From NCBI GenBank assembly GCA_963833225.1, contig CAWHXD010000008.1:960001-1024000 (forward strand): a stretch of DNA of 64,000 nucleotides, given 5' to 3'. The notes under the pieces are model-generated. The model searched no databases. It was not told the DNA's origin and saw only the letters and a list, made by a program, of their open reading frames with translations. Source of the stretch: an uncultured Chloroflexia bacterium (lineage in GTDB: Bacteria; Chloroflexota; Limnocylindria; Limnocylindrales; CSP1-4). The position numbers were made by a program, and so were the translations under genes. Shown here one piece after another: positions 41,871 through 51,733 of this stretch (the first letter of the stretch is position 1; every line of letters begins with the position of its first letter).

Positions 41871-43862
41871 ATGTTTCGCAGCCGTCATTCCGTCGTCGTC
41901 GGTGCGCTTGCGTGCCTGATCGCGGTCGCCGGAGCCGTTCCGCCCGGCGTCGCCGCTCACCCACCGCGAGTCACCGGGTTTCCCCCGCGACTCACGGGGT
42001 TCCCGATCGGGGTCGACAGGCTGCCGACGCGGCCCGACGTCACGACCTCGTCGATCGTGGTGACGACCCTCGTGGACGCCGTCGCGGACGACGGCGCCTG
42101 CTCGCTCCGTGAGGCCATCACGGCTGCGGAGACCAACACCGCGGGCCCGGATACCACCGGTCGCTGCCGCAGGGGGAGCGCCATCGACACCGACCTCATC
42201 GAGTTCGCGACGGGCGGCGTGATCACCCTCACGGCCGACCTTCCGACAGTCGCGGAATGGCTCGCGATCGACGGCTCGACGGCCCCGACCCCCGTCACGA
42301 TCGATGGCGCAGACACCTACCGCCCGTTCGCCGTGGACGCCGCTGGGGCCCTCGACCTCTACGATCTCACCGTCACCAACGGTGCGACCGCCAACGCCGG
42401 CGGCGCGATCACCAACGGCGGCTGGCTGTCGCTCATGGCCGTGACTGTCTCCTCGAGCTCGGCAACGCTGGCCGGCGGGGGCATCAACGCCGGCACGGAC
42501 TCCTTCACCTGGGTGGAGGAGTCGACCATCACGGGAAACTCGACGGACGGCCTCGGGGGCGGGATCCGCAGCTCCGGGATGACCATCATGTTCAACGCGA
42601 TCGTCTCGGACAATGTCGCCCAGGGAGGCGGTGGCGGCCTGATGTCCATCGGCATTGATGGCGCCGTCGTCTACTACACCACCTTCAGCGACAACTCGGC
42701 CACCGGTCCCGGGGCGGCCGGCGGCGCGATCCGTAGCGACGGGTACCTGGGCCTGCTGAACACGACGCTGGCCGGCAACACGGCGGCCGAGGGCGGCGCA
42801 ATCCAGGACAACGGAGACCTCGAGCTGTACAACTCGACCCTCACGGCCAACGACGCGGCGACCGGCTCCGGTCTCGAGTCCGCGGGCAGCCCGATCCTGA
42901 TCAACAACATCGTGCTCGGCAACACCGGCTCTGATCCGGAGCTCGACGCCACGCCCGATGTCACCTCCTCGCACAACCTCACCGCCCTCCCGGGCGGCGT
43001 CAGCCTTGACCAGATCCTTGACCCCACCGGCCTCGCGGACAACGGTGGCCTGACCCCGACGATCGCCCTCGTCCGCGACGCGGCGAACCCGGCCTGGAGT
43101 GGTGGTGACGACGCCTTCTGCGCGGACTTCCCCGTGATGTGGGACCAGCGCCTGTACGAGCGTTCGAGCCCGTGCGATGTGGGGGCCTTCGAGATCGACG
43201 ACCTCGCGCCCACGGTGACGTCGCCCGCGATCACCCTGTCGCAGGGCGGCCGGCTGAGCGGCTCCGCGCTGGCCGGCCGGGTTGCCTGGTCCGGGAGCGA
43301 CTACGGTTCCGGGCTGGCTGCCTACGAGCTCGAGGTCAACGTGAACGGGGCCGGATACACGCCGGTCGTGGCCGATCCGGCCGCGACCCAGATCCTGCCG
43401 CCGCTCACCAACGGCTCCACGTACCAGTACCGCGTCCGCGCGGTGGACGGTGACGGCAACTGGTCGGCCTGGAAGACCGGCGCGACGATCACGGCCAAGC
43501 TGCTCCAGCAGACCGCGACCGGCATCTCGTACTCGAGCGGCTGGAAGAAGGATGCCCGGGCCGGGTACTCGGGCGGCAAGGTCAAGTACGCCAAGGCGAA
43601 AGGTGCCTGGGTGAAGCTCACCGCGACCGGCCGTGCCTTCTCGTTCATCACCACGAAGGCCCCCAACCGCGGCAAGGCCAAGGTCTACGTGGACGGCAAG
43701 TACGTCGCCACGATCAGCCTCAAGGCCGCGTCGACGACCTACCGCGTCCAGGCCTGGACCAAGACGTTCTCAAGCTCCAAGAAGCACACGATCAAGATCG
43801 TGCTGCTCGGGACGAATGGCCGGCCCCGCGTCGACGTGGACGCGTTCGCCATCCTGAAGTAG
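41871..43862 (+). CDS. Secreted CSLREA / right-handed beta-helix (choice-of-anchor Q-like) protein with FN3 and C-terminal module
   Basis: CSLREAI, repeated GGAI/GGG and N motifs, LADNGG.TPT, DQR...CDVGAFE, FN3; ends GRPRVDVDAFAILK. Confidence 0.88.
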   Translation: MFRSRHSVVVGALACLIAVAGAVPPGVAAHPPRVTGFPPRLTGFPIGVDRLPTRPDVTTSSIVVTTLVDAVADDGACSLREAITAAETNTAGPDTTGRCRRGSAIDTDLIEFATGGVITLTADLPTVAEWLAIDGSTAPTPVTIDGADTYRPFAVDAAGALDLYDLTVTNGATANAGGAITNGGWLSLMAVTVSSSSATLAGGGINAGTDSFTWVEESTITGNSTDGLGGGIRSSGMTIMFNAIVSDNVAQGGGGGLMSIGIDGAVVYYTTFSDNSATGPGAAGGAIRSDGYLGLLNTTLAGNTAAEGGAIQDNGDLELYNSTLTANDAATGSGLESAGSPILINNIVLGNTGSDPELDATPDVTSSHNLTALPGGVSLDQILDPTGLADNGGLTPTIALVRDAANPAWSGGDDAFCADFPVMWDQRLYERSSPCDVGAFEIDDLAPTVTSPAITLSQGGRLSGSALAGRVAWSGSDYGSGLAAYELEVNVNGAGYTPVVADPAATQILPPLTNGSTYQYRVRAVDGDGNWSAWKTGATITAKLLQQTATGISYSSGWKKDARAGYSGGKVKYAKAKGAWVKLTATGRAFSFITTKAPNRGKAKVYVDGKYVATISLKAASTTYRVQAWTKTFSSSKKHTIKIVLLGTNGRPRVDVDAFAILK

Positions 43863-43873
43863 GCGTCAGGCCG

Positions 43874-43915
43874 AACGACCGGGTCTCCGGCATGGGAGCC
43901 GACGGCCCGGTCGTT
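43874..43915 (+). terminator. Hairpin after the CSLREA gene
   Basis: AACGACCGGG ... CCCGGTCGTT followed by TCC. Confidence 0.45.
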
Positions 43916-44007
43916 TCCGTGCGCTGCGTCAGCGTCGCACGATGTTCGGTCCCTGATCGGCGATCCCGGGTACATTTCGACGGGGCACGACGAGCACAGG
44001 GAGCAAC

Positions 44008-44472
44008 GTGGCGAGGAATCGATGGGCGGGCCTCTCGGACCGCCGGCTGACCAGGCGCCTCGGCAAGATGCTGGGGGTCAAGTTCGACGCGAAGCCGGTC
44101 GGCCGGTTGGGCGGTTCCCTGGGCGCGCTGGCCGAGGTCGGCGACCACGCGTGGGTCGCCGTGCAGGTCGAGCACAAGCACACGCACCCCGCCGAGAACG
44201 TCCTCCAGTACTGGCCGTGGCTGGAGCGGAGCCGCCGGCGCCTGGTGCTGGTCCACGTGATCGTCCCCGACGCCCGCAAGCGCAGGGGGTCTCGCACGGA
44301 CCTCACGATCTGGATCGGCGCGATGATGGAGCGCGTGCTCCCCGGCCGGTTCACCTACTGCCGGCTCGAGCTCGGCACCTCGCAGGAGATCACGCAACTG
44401 TGCGCCGCCATCGGGGCGATCGCCGTCGCCCGCTCCCCGATGGAAGGCCGGATGCTCGTCCAGGTCTCCTGA
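44008..44472 (+). CDS. Hypothetical protein
   Basis: GGGAG RBS, coding-like composition; weak restriction-endonuclease-like pattern. Confidence 0.7.
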   Translation: MARNRWAGLSDRRLTRRLGKMLGVKFDAKPVGRLGGSLGALAEVGDHAWVAVQVEHKHTHPAENVLQYWPWLERSRRRLVLVHVIVPDARKRRGSRTDLTIWIGAMMERVLPGRFTYCRLELGTSQEITQLCAAIGAIAVARSPMEGRMLVQVS

Positions 44473-44582
44473 GGCTCGCCGCCGGTCGGTCGCATCGGCC
44501 GTAGCCAGTTGCTGCCAAGGACCCTATCCACCTGCGGGGTGGATGCCGACCATCGGTCTCACCACGACTGGAGGTGGTGATC

Positions 44583-44786
44583 ATGAAGGCCCGGATCGGG
44601 AACCGGATCGTGCTGGAGTCGGAGCGCGTCGGGCAACAGGATCGAATGGGCGAGATCCTCGAGGTCCACGAGTCGCCGTACGGCCCGGAGTACCGGGTCC
44701 GTTGGGACGATGGGCGGATCACGGAGTTTCGACCCAAGGCGGGCAGTGCGCGGATCCTTGCGGCGGAGCGGGCGGCGAAGCGTTGA
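44583..44786 (+). CDS. DUF1918 domain protein
   Basis: MKA..G.RIV.ES..VG...R.GEILEV......P.Y.VRWDDG....F.P; GGAGGT RBS. Confidence 0.88.
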   Translation: MKARIGNRIVLESERVGQQDRMGEILEVHESPYGPEYRVRWDDGRITEFRPKAGSARILAAERAAKR

Positions 44787-44870
44787 CGGTCGAGGTCACC
44801 GCCAGCAGCCCGCCACTCCGGGGATCGCCTTCTCGGGCGCACGCGAAACCGGTGTCATGGAGGTGGTGGG

Positions 44871-46311
44871 ATGACTATCGAGACGCGTCCCCAGGCGCCA
44901 GATCTGCAGGTCGACACCGCAGTGACGCCCCTGCCTGCCCTCGAGGAGCCGGCCGAGCCAGCTCGGGGCGTTGAGCCGGCCACGGCGCCGGGCACGACCC
45001 GACGAACCGCGCTGGCGCGAGCCGTGGTCGAGATCCTCGCCAGGCTGGTCCCTGATGATGCCGGGCTCACCGTGACACTCGATGGGGATCCGGTGTCCGA
45101 TCAGCGATCTCCGGGCGAAGCTCGTCGCGCCCACGTGCGGGTGCACGGCCCGGACGCCGTCAGCCGGGTTGCCCTCGTGCCCTCGGAGACGTCGCTCGCC
45201 GACGGGTACCTCCGCGGCGACCTGGACATCGACGGCGACGTCGCGCTGGCCGTCGAGGCGGCCAGACGGCTCGACCCACGCCGCCTCACGCCCGCCGATG
45301 CCCGGCGCCTGCTTCGATACGGCCTCGAGCTGCGCCGCGGCCGAGGCCCGGCCCCCGAGATCCGCCGCCTGGCCAACCTGCAGGGTCAGCCACACTCGCG
45401 TGCCCGCGACATGGCGGCGATCCGGTTCCACTACGACGTAGGTGAGCCGTTCTACCGGCTGTGGCTCGACCGCCGCCTCACCTACTCCTGCGGCTACTTC
45501 GACCGGGACACGGACCCGGTTGGCGATCTGGATGCCGCCCAGGAAGCCAAGCTCGACCTCGTCTGCCGCAAGCTGGGCCTGCGACCCGGGCAGCGCCTGC
45601 TGGACATCGGCTGCGGCTGGGGCTCGCTGATCCTGCACGCCGCGGAGCGGTACAAGGTCGAGGCCTTTGGCGTGACCCTCTCGGAGCGCCAAGCCACCGA
45701 GGCGAACCGCCGCGCCGCGGTAATGGGGCTCGAGCATCGCGTCCGCGCGGATCTCAGGGACGACCGGGACCTAGCCGGACTCGGGGCCTTCGACGCCGTC
45801 GCGTCAATCGGCATGTTCGAACACGTAGGCGCTGCCAACCTGCTCTCCTACTTCGAGGCGGCACGCGAAGCGCTGGTGCCCGGCGGGCGGTTCCTCAACC
45901 ACGGCATCGCCACCAACCGGCCCGCGCCCCGAACCGCCGGCCTCCGCGCGAACGAGCGGATTCGCGGACCGCTACGTGTTCCCGGATGGCGAGCTCTGCG
46001 CCGGTGGAGCGTGCGATCGAGATCGCCCGCGACCGGGCGGGGTTCGAGCTGCTCGACGTCGGCCTGCTGCGCCCGCACTACGCCCTCACGCTGCAGGCGT
46101 GGGTCTCGCGGCTCGAGGCGCACTGGCCGGAGGCCGTCGAGGCCGCGGGCGAGGAGGTCGCCCGAACCTGGCGCCTCTACATGTCGGCGGCGCGGGTCGG
46201 ATTCGAGCAGGGTGACCTCGATGTTGCCCAGCTTCTGCTGGCAAAGCCAACGCGTGTCGGTGTTCCGGCACCGAGGCGCTCCGGCCCTGGTGGTCGTCGC
46301 TCGGGACGTGA
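44871..46311 (+). CDS. cfa: Cyclopropane-fatty-acyl-phospholipid synthase family methyltransferase (frameshifts near 45950-46010; 3' end approximate)
   Basis: IRFHYDV, YSCGYF, AQEAKLD, LLDIGCGWG, GVTLS..Q, SIGMFEHVG, YVFPDGEL, HYA.TL, RTWRLYM. Confidence 0.9.
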
Positions 46312-46317
46312 TCGGGG

Positions 46318-46593
46318 TCAGGCCGGGCTCGGACCGCCCGGCATCGGGACGTGCCAGCCGATCAGCTGGCAGCCGAGGACATGCGGCGCGCGCTGGCCCG
46401 GCGTGCAGTCCGGGCAGCCCCACGGCGCCAGGCCGCCGTCATCGGCGAGGTAGGCGACGTCGCATGCCGCCTCGGTCGGGTCGCAGCTGGCGCGGTGACA
46501 ATCGCAGTTGCAGTGGGGCCAGTGCTCGCAGGTGCATCTGGCGTCGGGCGACGGCTCCCGCAGGACCGACGCCGGGAACGGGCTGACATGCAC
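46318..46593 (-). CDS. Small Cys/His-rich putative metal-binding protein
   Basis: GAGG RBS then GTG; 91 aa with 10 Cys (CTCEHWPHCNCDCH...GCPDC...HVLGC). Confidence 0.55.
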   Translation of the reverse strand: MHVSPFPASVLREPSPDARCTCEHWPHCNCDCHRASCDPTEAACDVAYLADDGGLAPWGCPDCTPGQRAPHVLGCQLIGWHVPMPGGPSPA

Positions 46594-46696
46594 GGGCTGC
46601 CTCGGAGCGCGACCACCGCCTGCCCGGTCTGACCTTCCGGCGCCCGGTGGGTTCGATTGTCCGCCCCGGGTCAAGTCATCGGCCGGCGCATGTTGT

Positions 46697-46742
46697 TGCT
46701 CAATGAATTTGTCAGTGCCAACTGCTCAGTGACTTTGTCAGT
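46697..46742. promoter_or_regulatory. AT-rich 20-bp direct repeat (putative operator)
   Basis: TGCTCAATGAATTTGTCAGT and TGCTCAGTGACTTTGTCAGT, 26 bp apart. Confidence 0.55.
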
Positions 46743-46832
46743 CTCCGCAGATGCAGGAGACGATCACGATGACGAGCAGGGAGCAGCAGCGGGCGGGTGT
46801 TGGCCGGCAGGGTGTTGGCCGACCAGGCTCTT

Positions 46833-46865
46833 TACTTGCGCAAGTACGCAAGTTGTCCCTATAGT
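46833..46865 (+). promoter_or_regulatory. Palindromic operator overlapping the promoter of the OsmC-family gene
   Basis: TACTTGCGCAAGTA (46833-46846) plus an extra CGCAAGT half-site; TTGCGC-18-TATAGT. Confidence 0.6.
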
Positions 46866-46931
46866 GGGGGCCGGCAAGCACCGCGACCAGGATGGCCGGC
46901 TGGGCACAGGACAGGACGAGGTTCAACAACC

Positions 46932-47331
46932 GTGGAGATGATCGTCGACTTTCCCGGGGGCGCGCGCGTGGACGCGCACTTCGGCGAGTTCGTGGTACCA
47001 ACCGACCAGCCGCCCTCCGGGGGCGGCGAGGGCTCGGCCCCAACCCCGTTCGCGACATTCCTCTCGACGATCGGCACCTGCGCGGGCATCTACGTCCTGG
47101 GCTTCTGCCGTCAGCGCGGGATCTCGACAGGACGGCATCCGCCTCGTCCAGCGGATGTCCGTGGACCCGATGACCCGGCTCGTCAACGATGTCCAGGTCA
47201 CGATCGAGCTGCCCGCCGGGTTCCCTGAGAAGTACGCGGAGGCCGTTGTCCGATCCGCGGAGCAATGCGCGGTGAAGAAGCACTTCGAGCACCCGCCGGT
47301 CATCCGGGTGAGCTCGGTCCTCGCCGCGTGA
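46932..47331 (+). CDS. OsmC/Ohr family protein (frameshift near 47130)
   Basis: TDQP...GG.GSAPTPF..FL...GTCAG, then CAVKKH in the next frame. Confidence 0.88.
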
Positions 47332-47349
47332 GCCTGGGGCACCCGGGCG

Positions 47350-48367
47350 CTAGCTGCCGAGGAGCTCGTCCAGCTCGGCGTCGGCCTCCTGGTCCCACGC
47401 CGGTCGGCGCGACCCGCCGGCCCGCCACTCCCGCGCCCTGGCTCGCACGCCCTCGACGATCTCGGGTCCGGCCTGGTCCGCGAGCGCCAGCGCGGCGCGC
47501 AACGGCACGATCATGGTCACGGCGCTGGCGCCGTCCGCCGGCGACAACCTGTGCACGACCTCGAGCATCGCCGGCAGGTCGGTGATGTCGCCCTGTCGGG
47601 CGAGGCCGGTCGCGGCCTGGGTAGCCTCGAACACGTCCTCCGACGCGAGCAGCGGACGCAGGGCGGACGCGACCGCCGGGTCCGGATCCCACCCGGCGAG
47701 CTGGGCGATGGCCAGGTGGCGGTCCGGCGCGCTCGTTCCCCCGAGGTTCGTCGATCAGCTCGTCCCGGCGCTCATCCGTCTGCAGCGCACTGGGGACCCG
47801 GGACGGGTCCGCGGCAACCTCGTCGGCGATATCGGGCGTGATGTCGAAGCCGAGCGGGCTGCGCTGGACGAACCCCGATTCGTGCAGCTCCTCGGCGACG
47901 TTGCGCAGGGCCGTCCCCGGGTCGTCCATCGGCGATGCCATCAGCCCCCGGCCGACGGCTGCGAATGCCTCCTCCGCCCGGCGAACGTGGGCGTCCGTGC
48001 CCTCCGTGGTCAGCGGGGCCTCGGCGAACGCCGATGGCAGCCCGATCATCTCGCGCTGGGGGTCGATCACCGCCACGCCGCTCTCGAAGGCCGCCTCCGC
48101 CACCGCGGCCACGACCTCCTCCACCCGGCTCCACGGAATGCCCACGAAGATGTGGGAACGGGCTACGTCGAACTCGAACGGGGGCGCGATGGGCGTCCTG
48201 GCGCGCACCTGCCAATACCGGCGGCCAAGCGCGGCGATGAACGGATCGAGCGTCGCGTCGTGCCCGCGGCGGAACCCGAGCCCACGCTGGAGACGCTCGA
48301 CCTCCGCCGATGCCTCGTCAAAGGTCATGGCGCGGTCAACGGGCAGGATGAACAGGTCGTAGGTCAC
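47350..48367 (-). CDS. Hypothetical protein with C-terminal HEAT-like repeats (frameshift near 47745)
   Basis: MTYDLF..P...A...G..V.DPQ N-terminal domain; helical repeats in a second frame. Confidence 0.6.
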
Positions 48368-48504
48368 CGGGCCAGTATCGTGCAGGTGGTGCGCCAGCGT
48401 CGAGAAGCGCCGGGTGAGCTCCTCCCGGATACCGCGATCGGGCACGCCGTACCATGTCGGGAGCCGGGGCGCCCGTGGCTCCCGGCGACCAAGGAGAGAC
48501 GCTG

Positions 48505-49134
48505 ATGGCGCGTGGGCGACGCACCACCACCCCGCGACTGGTCGCGCTCCTGGTCGGCGCTGCCCTCCTGGGGGCGTGTTCCGAGCAGCCCATCTCCCAG
48601 GCGATCGACGCGCCCCTGCCCGCGACGGCGGAGCCGGAAACCGTTCCCTCCAGCGTCCCGCCCTCCGACGGCCCTGCCACCTCGCCCGACGCGGGATCTC
48701 CGGACGGAACCTTCATCCCCACGACCCCACCGTCCCGCAGCGCGCCGGACAAGCCCGCGAAGGTGACCTTCAAGGAGATCGACCGCCAGGATCTCGGTGG
48801 TGGGACCACGCAGGTCACCAGCCGCCTCACGTGGACCGCTCCAGACGGCGTGGCTGACCAGTTCCTCGTCTACGGGATCACCCGCTGCCTCCGTGAGCAG
48901 AAGGCGTTCGACGGCAAACCCTGCCTGGTCAAGGGCATGCGGATCCCGAAGAAGGTCCAGGAGCTGATCGCCACCGTCCCGGGTTCGGACCGTTCGGTGG
49001 ACATCTCCTGGCAGGAGGGCGAGACCGGGCCGGGTCCTTATGCCGCCGTGCTCATCCGCGCAACCAACGATCTCGGTGACAGCATCTTTGCCATCGCGTG
49101 GAGTGCTGACGTCTGCTGGCAGTGCACCTACTGA
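48505..49134 (+). CDS. Putative lipoprotein with Pro-rich linker and FN3-like domain
   Basis: Lipobox LLGAC, P/T linker, LTW, paired Cys; AAGGAG RBS. Confidence 0.75.
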   Translation: MARGRRTTTPRLVALLVGAALLGACSEQPISQAIDAPLPATAEPETVPSSVPPSDGPATSPDAGSPDGTFIPTTPPSRSAPDKPAKVTFKEIDRQDLGGGTTQVTSRLTWTAPDGVADQFLVYGITRCLREQKAFDGKPCLVKGMRIPKKVQELIATVPGSDRSVDISWQEGETGPGPYAAVLIRATNDLGDSIFAIAWSADVCWQCTY

Positions 49135-49153
49135 CCGAGCCCCGGAGGTTCCC

Positions 49154-50011
49154 ATGAACGTCGCCATCCTGACCGACTCGACGGCGGACCTTTCGCCCGA
49201 CCAGGCGGCCGGCGCCGGCATCACCGTCGTCCCGTTGTATGTCCGGTTCGGCGCGGACGAGTACCGCGCCGGCATCGATCTCACGACCGAGCGCTTCTGG
49301 GAGACGATGCTCGCCCCCGGGGCGGCGCACCCCACCACCGCGGCACCCTCGCCGGGTGACTTCCGGGCCGCCTTCGAGGCCGCGTTCACGGCGGGGGCGG
49401 ACGCGATCGTGTGCCCCACCATCGGCCACAAGCTCTCCGCGACCTACCAGTCCGCAGCCCTCGCGGCCGAAGACCTGCCCGAGCGCGAGATCCACGTCAT
49501 CGACACCGGGTCCACCTCGATGGCCACCGGGATCCCGGCGCTCCTGGCGGCCGACCTCGCCCGGACGGGCCTGCCGGCGGCCCAGATCGCCGAGGAGATT
49601 CGGCGCCGTTTGCCCGACGTGGACCTGCTCGTCGCGGTGGACACGCTCGACTATCTGCGCAAGGGCGGTCGGCTGTCCGCCGCCCAGGCCGTCGTGGGCT
49701 CGATGCTCTCGGTCAAGCCGATCATCACCGTGCGCGACGGGCTCGTCGTCAACCTCGACCGGCAGCGGAGCCGGGCGAAGGCCAGGGCCGCGGTCGTCGC
49801 CACCATCGCGTCGGGACCCGTGGAACGCCTCGCGGTGCTGCATACCCCCACCAGCTCGCCCGACGAGGTCGATGCCTTCCGGTCGACGCTCCTCGCGGCG
49901 ATCCCCGGCGGGGTGGAGCCGGACCGGGTGACGACCGGGCTGATCGGCGCGTCGACCGGGCCGCACCTGGGGCCGGACCTGATGGGCGCCGCATACCTGC
50001 GCCGCGACTGA
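49154..50011 (+). CDS. DegV family fatty-acid-binding protein
   Basis: ILTDSTADL, VVPL, TTAAPSPG, LSATYQSA, YLRKGGR, HLGP. Confidence 0.93.
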   Translation: MNVAILTDSTADLSPDQAAGAGITVVPLYVRFGADEYRAGIDLTTERFWETMLAPGAAHPTTAAPSPGDFRAAFEAAFTAGADAIVCPTIGHKLSATYQSAALAAEDLPEREIHVIDTGSTSMATGIPALLAADLARTGLPAAQIAEEIRRRLPDVDLLVAVDTLDYLRKGGRLSAAQAVVGSMLSVKPIITVRDGLVVNLDRQRSRAKARAAVVATIASGPVERLAVLHTPTSSPDEVDAFRSTLLAAIPGGVEPDRVTTGLIGASTGPHLGPDLMGAAYLRRD

Positions 50012-50055
50012 CACACGGCCCCTCGGATCGGGACCTCCGACCCGTCTCCACCGGT

Positions 50056-50077
50056 ATCAGAGTGATATCATTCTGAT
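50056..50077. promoter_or_regulatory. Palindromic operator upstream of the SPFH-RHH operon
   Basis: ATCAGAGTGATATCATTCTGAT, one mismatched pair, TGATATCA core. Confidence 0.7.
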
Positions 50078-50118
50078 CGCGTCCACGGAATCGCCGGACG
50101 TGAAGGAGTACGAGGTCG

Positions 50119-51021
50119 ATGAACAAGGAACGTGTTGCGGGGACGATCCCCGGGATCCCCATGCTGCTGGGCCTGCTGGCCGCGACGATCGCGATCGGGA
50201 TCGGGCTCCTCGCCTACATCGGACTCGTGCTGGTCCCCGCCGGCGACAATGCCGGCGCGCTCGAAGTGCTGGGCATGTTCGCGATCATCATCCTGCTGGC
50301 CGTCGTCCTCGCGGCCTTCAGCGGGCTGACGCCGGTGAACCCCAACGAGTCGCGGGCGCTGGTGCTGTTCGGCCGCTACCGCGGCACGATCGTCGCGCAG
50401 GGTCTCCACTGGGTCAATCCGTTCATGCAGCGGCGCCGGATCTCCGTCCGCGTCCGGAACTTCGAGACCGGCAAGCTCAAGGTCAATGACCACGACGGCA
50501 ATCCCATCGAGATCGCCGCGGTCGTGGTCTGGAAGGTCACCGACAGCGCGGAGGCGTTGTTCGAGGTCGACGACTTCGAGAACTTCGTCCATGTCCAGGC
50601 CGAGTCGGCCCTGCGAAACCTGGCCACATCTCACCCCTATGACACCCACCGCGACGACGAGATCGCACTGCGCGCCAACCAGGCCGAGATCGCCGATCAG
50701 CTCCGAGCCCACATCCAGGACCGCCTGGAGAAGGCCGGCGTCAACGTGATCGAAGCCCGGATCAGCCACCTCGCCTACGCGCCGGAGATCGCGAACGCGA
50801 TGCTCCGCCGTCAGCAGGCGAAGGCCGTCATCGCGGCCCGCACCCTGATCGTCGAGGGGGCGGTGGGCATGGTCGAGATGGCCCTCGGCCAGCTGTCGGC
50901 CAAGAACGTCGTGGAGCTCGACGAGGAGCGCAAGGCGCAGATGGTGAGCAACCTGCTCGTCGTCCTGTGCTCGGAGAGCGAGGCGCAGCCGGTGGTCAAC
51001 GCGGGGACCCTGTACGCGTAG
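50119..51021 (+). CDS. SPFH/band 7 domain protein
   Basis: Two [55 protein letters not shown]. Confidence 0.93.
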   Translation: MNKERVAGTIPGIPMLLGLLAATIAIGIGLLAYIGLVLVPAGDNAGALEVLGMFAIIILLAVVLAAFSGLTPVNPNESRALVLFGRYRGTIVAQGLHWVNPFMQRRRISVRVRNFETGKLKVNDHDGNPIEIAAVVVWKVTDSAEALFEVDDFENFVHVQAESALRNLATSHPYDTHRDDEIALRANQAEIADQLRAHIQDRLEKAGVNVIEARISHLAYAPEIANAMLRRQQAKAVIAARTLIVEGAVGMVEMALGQLSAKNVVELDEERKAQMVSNLLVVLCSESEAQPVVNAGTLYA

Positions 51022-51067
51022 GGACGGAGCCACGAGGCTGGAGCAGGACGGCGGAGGGCGGCCCCCT

Positions 51068-51256
51068 ATGGCCCAGCGGAAGCCATTCCTGCTCCGCCTC
51101 GACCCGGACACGCACGCCGCCCTGCAGCGCTGGGCCGCGGATGACCTCCGCTCGCTGAACGCCCAGGTGGAGTTCCTGCTCCGGCGAGCCCTCGCCGACG
51201 CGGGGCGGCTGGGCGGCCCCAAGGGTGGCGGCCGGAACCCGCGGAAGCCGGGCTAG
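51068..51256 (+). CDS. Arc/HicB-like ribbon-helix-helix DNA-binding protein
   Basis: RK.FLLRLDP....ALQRWA.DDLRS.NAQ.EFLLR. Confidence 0.88.
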   Translation: MAQRKPFLLRLDPDTHAALQRWAADDLRSLNAQVEFLLRRALADAGRLGGPKGGGRNPRKPG

Positions 51257-51624
51257 CCGATCGCCGCGCGGAGCTTCACGAGGTCCTCGGAGCCGAGCAC
51301 GACCCGGCCGTCGAGCGTGGTGTAGACGAGGTCGAGGTCCGCGCCGGCGTCCGTGACCCGTTGCAGCAGCTTCGCGGCCGCTCCCGGCGTGTTGTCGATC
51401 GGGAGGGCCAGGACCTGGCGCCGGGCGAGGATGTCGAAGCCGGCGTCGATCAGGGCGCGGCATGCCCGCTCGGCGTCCGCGACCAGGATGTGGAGCTGGG
51501 GCCGGTCGTCCAGGACGAAGCCGCTGGCGGCCTCGATGTTGATGCCCGCGGTGCCGAGCGCCTCGCACGCCTTCGCGAGCGTTCCGGGCCGGTTCGCCAG
51601 CCCGATCGTCAGGTCCGTGGTCAT
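51253..51624 (-). CDS. Tandem ACT domain protein
   Basis: NRPGTLA....LG.AGINI and NTPG.......V..AG..L...Y. Confidence 0.85.
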   Translation of the reverse strand: MTTDLTIGLANRPGTLAKACEALGTAGINIEAASGFVLDDRPQLHILVADAERACRALIDAGFDILARRQVLALPIDNTPGAAAKLLQRVTDAGADLDLVYTTLDGRVVLGSEDLVKLRAAIG

Positions 51625-51733
51625 TGGCGGCCTCCCCGCGGCTTCCCGGTCCCTGCCCGGGCTGCCGTCAGCATGAACCGATCCTGCCGCTCCGTACAGG
51701 GCCGCAGGATCCCAGGCCAGCCCCGCTGCGGCC

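Noticed and set aside
41957-42005. 24-bp duplication (PPRVTGF/PPRLTGF) after the CSLREA signal peptide
   Set aside because: Ordinary in-frame linker duplication with no evidence of function.
46640-46670. tRNA (GGTTCGATT T-loop-like sequence)
   Set aside because: No T-stem pairing, cloverleaf or acceptor stem around it.
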